From a virus, in IMG/VR virus record IMGVR_UViG_3300005366_000002, positions 40,106-104,105 of that record: a stretch of 64,000 nt of DNA; one strand, 5' to 3'. The translations under genes were made by a program, and so were the position numbers. Positions 1-8,221 of the stretch are shown one piece after another. A model generated the notes under the pieces. That model did not search any database. It had not been told where the DNA came from and saw only the letters and a list, made by a program, of their open reading frames with translations. Every line of letters begins with the position of its first letter. Positions within the stretch are counted from its first letter, which is position 1.

Positions 1-5
1 TGCTG

Positions 6-863
6 GTGGCCCTGAAGAAGCTGCGTGACCGCGCGGAGATCCTGCGAGCCGACCAGATCGTGGTGGTCTTCCACGGGCGTCGGCCGTTCCGTGTGGATGT
101 CATGCCAGGTCTCGAACGAGAGGAGCCAACGGAAGACCCGGTGCACCAGCAGCTCACGGGTCCCGGCGAACCCATCGAAGAGCCGATCAACGCATCTGCC
201 ACATCGTCCACTCAGCCTGACCAAGCCGAAGATGAACTCCTGTCCCGACTCATCCGCTCGACCAGCGAGCACGATTTCCACGGTCACGTGGTTCCTCGCT
301 CCGATGGCTGTCGCGCTAAGTGCGGCGGCCCTCAATCCCGAGTCCTACGTTGCTCCGTCTGCGCCGCAGAAGCCGCTCTTCTCGCAGACGGCCGGCACCC
401 GCTGAGCGACCCGGAGGTCTACGCGCACATCAGCGCGACGACCCGACGACTGGAGGCCCGCAAGCCGTTCTCGGAGCTGGCCCACAAGATCTCGGTGGAC
501 CTCGGATCGGCCGACGATGAACTGATGAGGTCGCTCGTCAACTTCCTGGGCGCCGTTGCCTGGTGCGGTCAAGTCGGCCACTCCGCGACGATCTCCATGT
601 TCGTCGATGGTGACGGTGCCGGATCGCTCCGCATCGAAGGGCTGCCGGCTACCGATCTCAAGCTGGGTGCCGCGATGGCAGAAGCCGCGTCGAACCACGG
701 AGACTCGCTGATGGTCGAGGTCGGGCCCTCCTCCGCGTCCGCCTACTCGACGCAGTACGATGAACAAGATCGCACCTACTACACGCGCACCTGCGTGTTC
801 CCGAAATCCGAAGAACCCTCTGAAGAACTCTCCAAAGAACCCAAGTCCAAGGACTCGCAATGA
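6..863 (+). CDS. Hypothetical protein, probably 5'-truncated by the window edge, with a Cys/His module (HGHVVPRSDGCRAKCGGP...CSVC)
   Basis: Open frame from the window start with phage-like codon usage; stop overlaps the next start (ATGA at 860-863). Confidence 0.6.
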   Translation: MALKKLRDRAEILRADQIVVVFHGRRPFRVDVMPGLEREEPTEDPVHQQLTGPGEPIEEPINASATSSTQPDQAEDELLSRLIRSTSEHDFHGHVVPRSDGCRAKCGGPQSRVLRCSVCAAEAALLADGRHPLSDPEVYAHISATTRRLEARKPFSELAHKISVDLGSADDELMRSLVNFLGAVAWCGQVGHSATISMFVDGDGAGSLRIEGLPATDLKLGAAMAEAASNHGDSLMVEVGPSSASAYSTQYDEQDRTYYTRTCVFPKSEEPSEELSKEPKSKDSQ

Positions 864-2065
864 ACACCCAAGTGCAAGCCGCTGAAGGCAACCAGAACTT
901 CCGCTCCATCGAAGAGGTGAAGCGGTATCTCAAGGACCAGGCTTCCGACATCGCCGAGTTCAAGACGGTGTTCGACAAGCAGATGACGCAGATGGCGCGC
1001 ATGGTCGCCCGGGCCATCACCGCGTCCGGTGAAACCCAGATCCTCGACTTCTCGGGCTCCGGTGGACGTCGGAAGAAGACGATGAACGTCGACTTCCCCG
1101 TCGTCGAAGTGCCGAACAAGGAAAAGCTCCGCGAGCACTACAAGCTGGCCGAGCTGCTCAGCGAGCGCTACAAGAACCTGACGCAGGCCGAGAACGCGAT
1201 GCGCATGGACTTTGCTGGCGACCAGAGCCCGGCCTTCAAGGAGGCGATGGGCTCGTTCAACAAGCTGAAGTCCCACGTGGAGGCCATGCTGAAGGAAGTG
1301 TTCACGGCGCTCAACCAGATCGCCGAAGGCCACGCTCCCAAGCAGTACCTGAAGTTCGTGAAGGCGCTCGCCGACGAGCTGGAGGCCAACAAGCACATCG
1401 AGTGCGACGGCCTCCAAACCATGACCTACGCGTCGCTGGACGGTGAAGACAACCTGGTGTTCGCCGGCTACATCATCCTCCTGAACGCCGTGTCGGACGA
1501 CCAGAAGATCGTGCCGCACCTCTACATCGTGATCAAGTGGACCGTTGGCGGCAACGTCGAGCTGTTCATCGAGCACGACTTCGTGGCCCCGGGTCTGCTG
1601 AAAGGCGGGATCGTCATCGAGAGCCTGCGGGCCGCCGCATCGGCGATCGCCACGCAGATGGCCCTCGAAGGCTTCTCGTCCCAGATCGGCAACCTGCCGG
1701 TCTCCATGCAGATCAAGGAGCCGGCCGGTGGTCTCCGCAAGGAGGCGTTCTCGGCTGCCGACTGGATCGAGGACGTGAAGGGCGAGGAAGACGCGCTGGT
1801 CTTCGTCCTCAAGACGAGCGATCCCAAGCAGGTGTCGGAGATCCGTGCGCAGATCTACGCGCAGGTCCGGGAGATGCTGAAGCGCAAGCGCAGCACCTAC
1901 GTGAAGATCCACCAGGACGGGCCGAACGTGCTGCGCTACACGTTCTCCAACATCGAGCATGGCGGCGGGATCCACCCGCATGACCTGGAATGGCTGCGCG
2001 ACAAGTACAAGCTGGACGACGCGCAGCTCCGCAAGATCGCGAACAACATCAACTCCGGGGAGTAG
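860..2065 (+). CDS. Conserved hypothetical protein, probably virion-associated
   Basis: 401 aa, strong codon bias, AAGGA RBS; N-terminus MNTQVQAAE contains a V-x-A site. Confidence 0.6.
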   Translation: MNTQVQAAEGNQNFRSIEEVKRYLKDQASDIAEFKTVFDKQMTQMARMVARAITASGETQILDFSGSGGRRKKTMNVDFPVVEVPNKEKLREHYKLAELLSERYKNLTQAENAMRMDFAGDQSPAFKEAMGSFNKLKSHVEAMLKEVFTALNQIAEGHAPKQYLKFVKALADELEANKHIECDGLQTMTYASLDGEDNLVFAGYIILLNAVSDDQKIVPHLYIVIKWTVGGNVELFIEHDFVAPGLLKGGIVIESLRAAASAIATQMALEGFSSQIGNLPVSMQIKEPAGGLRKEAFSAADWIEDVKGEEDALVFVLKTSDPKQVSEIRAQIYAQVREMLKRKRSTYVKIHQDGPNVLRYTFSNIEHGGGIHPHDLEWLRDKYKLDDAQLRKIANNINSGE

Positions 2066-2068
2066 GCC

Positions 2069-2611
2069 ATGCAGGTGCTCGCGGAGGATCTCAAGCAGTA
2101 CCTGGCACGCCTCCGTGACGCGTTCGTCATGCTGCCCATGGGGCATGGCGCCTACGGAGTCGTCTACGACCACCCAAGCGATCGTGACATGGTGGTCAAG
2201 ATCAGCGCCAACGATCCCGGCTACATGGAGTACGTGAAGTTCTGCATGAACAACAGCGGGAACCGTTGGCTGCCGGAAGTCCATGACGTGCATCTCCTGG
2301 ACCTCGACGAGCCGTACGAAGTGTACGCCGTGTTCCTCCAGCGCCTGGAGAAGACGACACCACAGGCTGTGCAGCGCGTGTTCGCCCGTGAGATCGCTCC
2401 GTGGGTGACTTCCTGGGACACCTACAGTGAGCGGACGCGCCTGAGCTTTCCCGAGTGGAAGAACGTGCTGCGGACTGCCCCTGACCCGCAGACGCGGCGA
2501 CTCGCCCAGTTCCTGATCACCCACTTCAACCGGCTGGATCTGCTCAACCAGAACTTCATGCAGCGTGGCTCCCAGGTCGTGTTCAACGATCCGCTGACGC
2601 CCATCAAGTAG
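2069..2611 (+). CDS. Small Ser/Thr protein kinase-like protein (T7 gp0.7-like motifs)
   Basis: Gly loop GHGAYGVVY, VVK lysine, catalytic-loop-like DLLNQNFM, and NDP at the metal-binding position. Confidence 0.65.
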   Translation: MQVLAEDLKQYLARLRDAFVMLPMGHGAYGVVYDHPSDRDMVVKISANDPGYMEYVKFCMNNSGNRWLPEVHDVHLLDLDEPYEVYAVFLQRLEKTTPQAVQRVFAREIAPWVTSWDTYSERTRLSFPEWKNVLRTAPDPQTRRLAQFLITHFNRLDLLNQNFMQRGSQVVFNDPLTPIK

Positions 2612-2621
2612 AGGACAGAAG

Positions 2622-3608
2622 ATGAACAAACTCAACGCGGAGTCCCGGCTCCTCACAGCAGGTCTGCCCATCGAGGAGCGGCTGGCCCGTCTCGAGAACC
2701 GCCGTGAAGGTGACGGGCTCATGACGCCCCAGACAAGCCGCCACGAGGACACGGCGATCGAGGAGCAACTCGACACGCCCATGCACCCGGTGGACAACAT
2801 GGACGTCCAGTGCGAGGAGCCGCTGCCTGTCGTGGCCAAGCCGCTGTCGCAGCAGGTGCAGGTCATGGACCAGAAGCTCCAACAGCAAGACCAGGCTGAC
2901 GCCGAGTTCCAGGCCAAGGAAGGCGAGAAGAAGGCCAAGGCCAACCAGAAGGCGCGCCTGGGAGCGTCCGCCGAGGGCCACCCGATCTCCGAGTGGGACG
3001 TGCACCTGCCTGTCTCCTACAACGAGGACGACGGCACGATGAACATCCGCGTGCTCTCCGTGATCGCCCGTGGTGCCGAAGAGGCCGTCGAGTTCGCGGA
3101 AGCCAAGTGGAAGTTCATGCAGGCCTCGCCGGTTCAGCCGGTGAAGGCCGGTCGTGGCACCGGCTTCGGCGCTGGCGTGCTGCTCATGGCTGCTGACACC
3201 GGCCGGATCTTCCTGGCCAAGCGGTCCTCCAAGGGCGATGAAGGTGGCACCTGGTGCTGCGGTGGCGGTGGCGTCGAGGACTACGAGACCATCGAAGAGG
3301 CGGCGCGCCGCGAGAACATGGAGGAGCTGGGCTTCGACCTGAAGGGCGTGCAGTTGCTCCACATGCACCGGTCCGTCCAGCCTGGTTTCATCTTCCACAA
3401 CCACATGGCAGTCATCCCGCATGAACTGGAAGCGCGTCTCAACGACGAGCACAGCGAGTGTGGCTGGTTCTCCGACCTGCCCGAGCCGATGCATCCGAAG
3501 CTCATGGAGGCGATCAACACCTGGGCGGCCGCCCACGCCGACAACGAGCTGGTGAAGCAGGCCCAGGCGGAGGAAATGGCGAGCAAGATGGGCAAGGCAA
3601 ACCAATAG
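2622..3608 (+). CDS. Nudix hydrolase with an acidic N-terminal extension and the shared leader
   Basis: Intact Nudix box GGGVEDYETIEEAARRENMEELG plus LNDEHSECGWF; begins MNKLNAESRLLTA. Confidence 0.85.
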   Translation: MNKLNAESRLLTAGLPIEERLARLENRREGDGLMTPQTSRHEDTAIEEQLDTPMHPVDNMDVQCEEPLPVVAKPLSQQVQVMDQKLQQQDQADAEFQAKEGEKKAKANQKARLGASAEGHPISEWDVHLPVSYNEDDGTMNIRVLSVIARGAEEAVEFAEAKWKFMQASPVQPVKAGRGTGFGAGVLLMAADTGRIFLAKRSSKGDEGGTWCCGGGGVEDYETIEEAARRENMEELGFDLKGVQLLHMHRSVQPGFIFHNHMAVIPHELEARLNDEHSECGWFSDLPEPMHPKLMEAINTWAAAHADNELVKQAQAEEMASKMGKANQ

Positions 3609-3621
3609 ACGAGGGTCGATC

Positions 3622-4635
3622 ATGCGTCTCCAAGAGGTCAAGACTTTCCTGACCAAGCGTGGCTTCAACGGCCTCCAGTATGTGTCGCATTCGGAGGAGA
3701 CGAAGACCTTCAACTTCAAGTACACCGAGTTCAACGACTACCACATGGGTATCGAGCCTACGGTGGCCGCCAAGGGCCAGGTCGCGGTCTACAACATCCC
3801 CGAGGTCGGCAAGATCGGGGTGAGTCCCGCAAACCGGATGGTCCGGTTCATCGACGCCGGCAAGGCGATCGCCAAGAAGGCGGTCAACGACTCCCATCTC
3901 GGATTCGTCGAGGTCACGCCGGAGCTCACCGAGTTGTTCAACAAGGCCGTGACCAACTCGACGCAGCGCGTGCCCTACATGAAGGCTTTGTGGCACTACC
4001 TGAACACTGAGAAGTTCCAGGGCCGCATGCGAGAGCCGGAGTTGAAGACCGGTCCGAGGAGTGGGAGCCGCCACAAGAACGCCCGCGGTGTCTACTTCTC
4101 GACGAACTGGCACTCGAACGGTCCTGGCAAGATCTGGATGGCCGACTTCATGTTCAACGCGCGCGAGCCGTTCTTCCTGGAGGTCTTCCTCCACGAGATG
4201 TGCCACCAGGCTGCGCGTGAGATCGACCGCGACAGCTCCTTCGACGAGCAAGGCCACGGTCCCGTCTGGCAGAAGTGGATGCGCCACGCTGGCCTCGATC
4301 CCCGCCGCTTCGACCCGACTGACGACTACGAGTACAAGAGCACCGACGAGACGATGCACCAGGAGGAGCAGCTCGACGAGCAGTTTGGGCCACGTCAGGA
4401 CGGTGCTGCGCTGGCGAAGCTGAAGAAGCTCACCAAGTTCGAACCAGGCCCTTGCTTCTACGTCTACAAGTCGCGGGCCATCCGAGGCGTGCTCCAGATG
4501 GGCTTCGACGGCAAGTCCGTGATCTTCGAGTTCAAGAATCCGAAGGGGCAGACCCGCATGCTCAGCTGGAAGACGCTGAAGCTGTTCAACAGCGGCAAGC
4601 AGGGCGGTCTGATCCACTGCTACCATATCAACTGA
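3622..4635 (+). CDS. SprT-like zinc metalloprotease
   Basis: FLHEMCH (HExxH) followed by GHGPVWQKWM, typical of SprT. Confidence 0.8.
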   Translation: MRLQEVKTFLTKRGFNGLQYVSHSEETKTFNFKYTEFNDYHMGIEPTVAAKGQVAVYNIPEVGKIGVSPANRMVRFIDAGKAIAKKAVNDSHLGFVEVTPELTELFNKAVTNSTQRVPYMKALWHYLNTEKFQGRMREPELKTGPRSGSRHKNARGVYFSTNWHSNGPGKIWMADFMFNAREPFFLEVFLHEMCHQAAREIDRDSSFDEQGHGPVWQKWMRHAGLDPRRFDPTDDYEYKSTDETMHQEEQLDEQFGPRQDGAALAKLKKLTKFEPGPCFYVYKSRAIRGVLQMGFDGKSVIFEFKNPKGQTRMLSWKTLKLFNSGKQGGLIHCYHIN

Positions 4636-4644
4636 GGACTTCTC

Positions 4645-6126
4645 ATGAACCTCTTCGTGTTCACCAAGACCGCGGCCGACATCGTGAACCAGCTGAGCCC
4701 GCAGCTGAATCCGGGCGAGACCATCACGTCGATCACGCCTGCGGCTGCCACACCGGTGACGGCCAACTCGCCGTCGCTCTCGATCTCCAGCGGGACCGCC
4801 GTGCCCATCCAGTTCACGGTGACTGGCGGTGACACAGGCGTGACCTACGGGTTCCCGCTGACCATCGTGACCTCGCTGCGCACGTTCGTTGTGACGATCG
4901 CTGTGAACGTCCTGTCTGACACGTTCGACCCGTACCCGAACGCGGACCCCAACTCGTACCAGGACCTGGTGGGCAACATCCAGGCCGGCAAGACCGCGCT
5001 GTCCCGTACCGCCATCGTGTTCCCCCCGACCTTCGACGCCTCGGGCGCCTACGTCACGTGGGACATCCTCGACGAGGAGGGCACGATCTACGCCTCGGGC
5101 AATGCATTCGACCTGGTGATCAAGAACAACGGGATCGCCAACACAGTCATTGCCCGCTCCCTGATCAACATCCCGGCTGACATCCCGCCGTCGCCGGATG
5201 CCCCGTACCAGCTGCGATACACGCTGAAGGTCGCCGGCCAGAACTTCTACCAGTCCGAGGCGATCCAGGTCACCGGGCTCGTCGACATCCAGGTGGGGAC
5301 CGTCGACCAGATCGAGATGCAAGGCGACCCTGCGCAGCTCTCGCTGGTCACTTCGGTGCTCTACCAGAACTACGTGATGGAGCTCCGCAAGGACGGCGAC
5401 CTGATTGCGAGCCTCGCGATCACCCAAGACCCGGAGCGTGTCCAACAAGGCTACTGGGTCGGAGCCTCCATGGACACGACGGCCATGGTGCCCACGTGGG
5501 AGCCCTACCAGGTCGTGTGGAAGTTCTGGAACGACCCGAACCAGATCTTCCGCGAGGCCAGCTCTCTGTGGATCGTCACCGACTCGATGATCAACGCCAT
5601 CGAGGACGTGAAGTCCAAGGTCAACAAGGCACGGCAGACCCTGTACGGGACTCCTGACTCGCAGTTCCCGTCCACCGAGATCTCGAAGTGGCTGCGGCGC
5701 GGCATGGACCTGTTCAACGGCTGGCAGGGTCAGTTCACGTCGTTCACCATGACCAAGGCCAAGGGCGTCGTCCGTGAGTACTGGCTGCTCTGCGCCGAGA
5801 AGTCTGCGCTGGAGGCCCAGTACCTCATGGAAGGCGAGAAGGCGTTCAACTTCGCGGGCGCCAACATCAGCCTGGACGTGGACCGCACGTCCTACCTGGA
5901 CAACATGGCCTCGAAGATCCAGTCGCAGCTCGACAACGATCTCAAGCCGATCAAGGTCAACCTCATCGTGAAAGGAAATACCAGTGGCGATGGTTCCGGC
6001 CCGAACGGCGATGGGAACTTCTCGGCTCTCCAGCGCGGTGCGATGGGCAGCGTGCATCTGACGTTGACGACTGCGTCCCTGTACGGCGGTGGTTTCGGCT
6101 GGGGCCGTGGCGGTGTTCCCTTCTGA
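4645..6126 (+). CDS. Virion structural protein (possible neck/head-tail adaptor with N-terminal beta-rich domains)
   Basis: 493 aa, Thr/Val-rich beta N-terminal half, helical C-terminal half, GAGGA RBS; function inferred. Confidence 0.5.
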   Translation: MNLFVFTKTAADIVNQLSPQLNPGETITSITPAAATPVTANSPSLSISSGTAVPIQFTVTGGDTGVTYGFPLTIVTSLRTFVVTIAVNVLSDTFDPYPNADPNSYQDLVGNIQAGKTALSRTAIVFPPTFDASGAYVTWDILDEEGTIYASGNAFDLVIKNNGIANTVIARSLINIPADIPPSPDAPYQLRYTLKVAGQNFYQSEAIQVTGLVDIQVGTVDQIEMQGDPAQLSLVTSVLYQNYVMELRKDGDLIASLAITQDPERVQQGYWVGASMDTTAMVPTWEPYQVVWKFWNDPNQIFREASSLWIVTDSMINAIEDVKSKVNKARQTLYGTPDSQFPSTEISKWLRRGMDLFNGWQGQFTSFTMTKAKGVVREYWLLCAEKSALEAQYLMEGEKAFNFAGANISLDVDRTSYLDNMASKIQSQLDNDLKPIKVNLIVKGNTSGDGSGPNGDGNFSALQRGAMGSVHLTLTTASLYGGGFGWGRGGVPF

Positions 6127-6137
6127 GTGACGAGCGA

Positions 6138-6146
6138 CAATTTCAT
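6138..6146 (+). promoter_or_regulatory. CAATTTCAT motif, putative late promoter (class L)
   Basis: Same AT-rich motif recurs at 13402, 20648, 23726, 27892, 36315, 58847 and on - at 47211. Confidence 0.6.
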
Positions 6147-6173
6147 CCTCAAAGGTAATGAAAGGGTCGCTTC

Positions 6174-6995
6174 ATGTCAGACTTCTACGTGTACGCACTG
6201 CTTGACCCGCGCAAGCCTGGGAAGGCTCGCTGTCCTGGCACTGGCAAGGTCCTCCCTTGCCTGCCCAAGTACATTGGCAAGGGCCGTGGCATTCGTGCTG
6301 AGCGGTCTGCCAACGTAGAAGATCATCGGTTCATTCGGTCGACCAAGGCCGCCTGGATGCGCCGCCTCACCAGTGAAGGGCACGAGCCCCAGCTGGTCAT
6401 GTTGAAGACCAACATGGAAGAGGCGGCTGCATTCGCTCTCGAACGCGACCTGATCGCCCACTTCGGACGCAAGGATCTGAAGCTCGGGCCTCTCCTCAAT
6501 CGCTCGCATGGCGGCGAAGGGGCTACCCACACAACAGATGAAGACCGCGACGAGTACGTTCGCCTGCTCAAGCCTGTGAAGGGCTTCCGTCTCCTAGGGC
6601 GCATGCACGGACGAGGCTGCTATGCAAAGCATGAGTGCAAGGTCCACGGTGTCGTGGAGACTGCACCATGTCACGTTATGACTCGTCTCAAGAAGGGCAT
6701 CCCTCCATGCCCACGTTGCGGCGAGACTGCTCGCGGCCCACAGATCCGTGTCCATCGACTGGCAAACGGCGAGGCCTCCTACAAGGCCTACCTTGCCTCG
6801 AAGTTCAAGACCAAGCAGTACCGCCTCGACGGCCCTTACCTGGGCGCGGTCAAGCACACTGAGCATTGGTGTGCTGTGCATGGTCAGTTCAAGATCACAC
6901 CTTCCAACGTGAGACAAAAGCTCGACCAGGGGCTGACGCCTTGTCCGGCTTGCAACGCGGTCACGCAGAGGCATGGGCCTCGCCCAAGACTGTAA
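6174..6995 (+). mobile_element. Free-standing GIY-YIG (LEM-3-like) homing endonuclease with two C-terminal CxxHG...CxxC zinc repeats
   Basis: FYVYALLDPR...KYIGKGRGIRA, conserved E (ALERDLI) and LLN; CKVHG..CPRC and CAVHG..CPAC; codon usage differs from neighbours. Confidence 0.8.
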
Positions 6996-6999
6996 ATAC
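6993..6999 (+). promoter_or_regulatory. TAAATAC motif, putative replication-phase promoter (class R)
   Basis: Overlaps the endonuclease stop codon; followed by hairpin GCCCTC-TCCG-GAGGGC (7008-7023); upstream of the glycosyltransferase-nrdAB run. Confidence 0.6.
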
Positions 7000-7048
7000 G
7001 TCACAGTGCCCTCTCCGGAGGGCTTCCGCACCTGCACAGGAAACCACC

Positions 7049-8173
7049 ATGAACTTCGGCCGTGCGCCTCATCACCACCCTGGACCACGCGTCCTCTTCG
7101 TCCTCAAGACCCGCCCCGGTGGCGCCTACGGGTCCTGGGGCTACTCTTCCAACGGCGGCCCCCTCCCGTCCGGCATGAGCGTCTCGGTCCAGCAGATGGT
7201 CAAGGCGCTGGAAATGCTGGGCGTCGTCTGCAAGATGGTCCAGGTCGAGAACAACAACTTCATCAACCCGGAGATCGAAGCGTTCAAGCCGACGCACGTG
7301 ATCATCGAGGGCTTCTGGGTTGTCCCGGACAAGTTCAAGGTCCTGGAGGCCCTGCACCCCGAGGCCGAGTTCATCATCCGCTGCCACTCGAACACCGAGT
7401 TCCTGGCCCACGAAGGCAACATGTTCGGCTGGACCATCGACTACCTGCGCAACGGGATCGCCGTCGCGTTCAACAGCCCGGAGGCGGCGCGCAACTTCGA
7501 GGAGCTGAAGAAAGACGAAGGCCTGTCCGGCAAGATCCTGTACCTGCCGAACTACTACGACTTCAAGACCACCTCGTCGGTGTGCTGGGAGTTCCTGCAG
7601 AAGCTGGTCATCCGCCACTCCAAGGTCAAGCAGCACGGCGAGTTCCACGTCGGCTGCTTCGGCGCGATCCGTCCGCTGAAGAACCACATGAACCAGGCGC
7701 TGGCTGCGCTCCACGTGGCAAAGCGCATGGGCCTCACCCTGAAGTTCTACGTGAACGCGAACCGCGTGGAGAACAAGGGCGACTCGCTGCTGACCGCCCT
7801 GCGTTCCCTGTTCAACCGCATGGCTCCGCACCAGCTGATCGAGATCCCGTGGATGGAGCACGAGGAGTTCCAGGCGCTGCTGACCGACATGGACATCGTG
7901 TCGCAGGTCTCCATGTCCGAGACCTTCAATATCGTCCTGGCTGACGCCGTGTCCGTCGGTGTGCCGGTCATCGGCGCCAACATCCCGTGGCTCGACGACG
8001 ACTACCAGGCCGTGCCCAACGACGTGCAGTCCATCGAGCGGGTGCTTCACCACACCTGGCTCAAGAGCGGCAACCAGACGGTGCAGCAACGCCAGCGCCG
8101 GACCCTCAGCCGCTACGTCCAGCGCTCCAAGGACCTGTGGGAGGACTTCCTCCACATGCGGCACTGCGACTGA
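7049..8173 (+). CDS. GT-B fold glycosyltransferase (family 4-like)
   Basis: GCFGAIRPLKN and SETFNIVLADAVSVGVPVIG motifs; start reassigned to ATG 7049 after CAGGA. Confidence 0.8.
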   Translation: MNFGRAPHHHPGPRVLFVLKTRPGGAYGSWGYSSNGGPLPSGMSVSVQQMVKALEMLGVVCKMVQVENNNFINPEIEAFKPTHVIIEGFWVVPDKFKVLEALHPEAEFIIRCHSNTEFLAHEGNMFGWTIDYLRNGIAVAFNSPEAARNFEELKKDEGLSGKILYLPNYYDFKTTSSVCWEFLQKLVIRHSKVKQHGEFHVGCFGAIRPLKNHMNQALAALHVAKRMGLTLKFYVNANRVENKGDSLLTALRSLFNRMAPHQLIEIPWMEHEEFQALLTDMDIVSQVSMSETFNIVLADAVSVGVPVIGANIPWLDDDYQAVPNDVQSIERVLHHTWLKSGNQTVQQRQRRTLSRYVQRSKDLWEDFLHMRHCD

Positions 8174-8221
8174 GCTGCTGCACCCTGACAGATCATCGAC
8201 CAACTACCTGGATCCAAACAC

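Noticed and set aside
3622-3660. MRLQEVKTFL as a leader copy
   Set aside because: Lacks the A, R-L and terminal A positions
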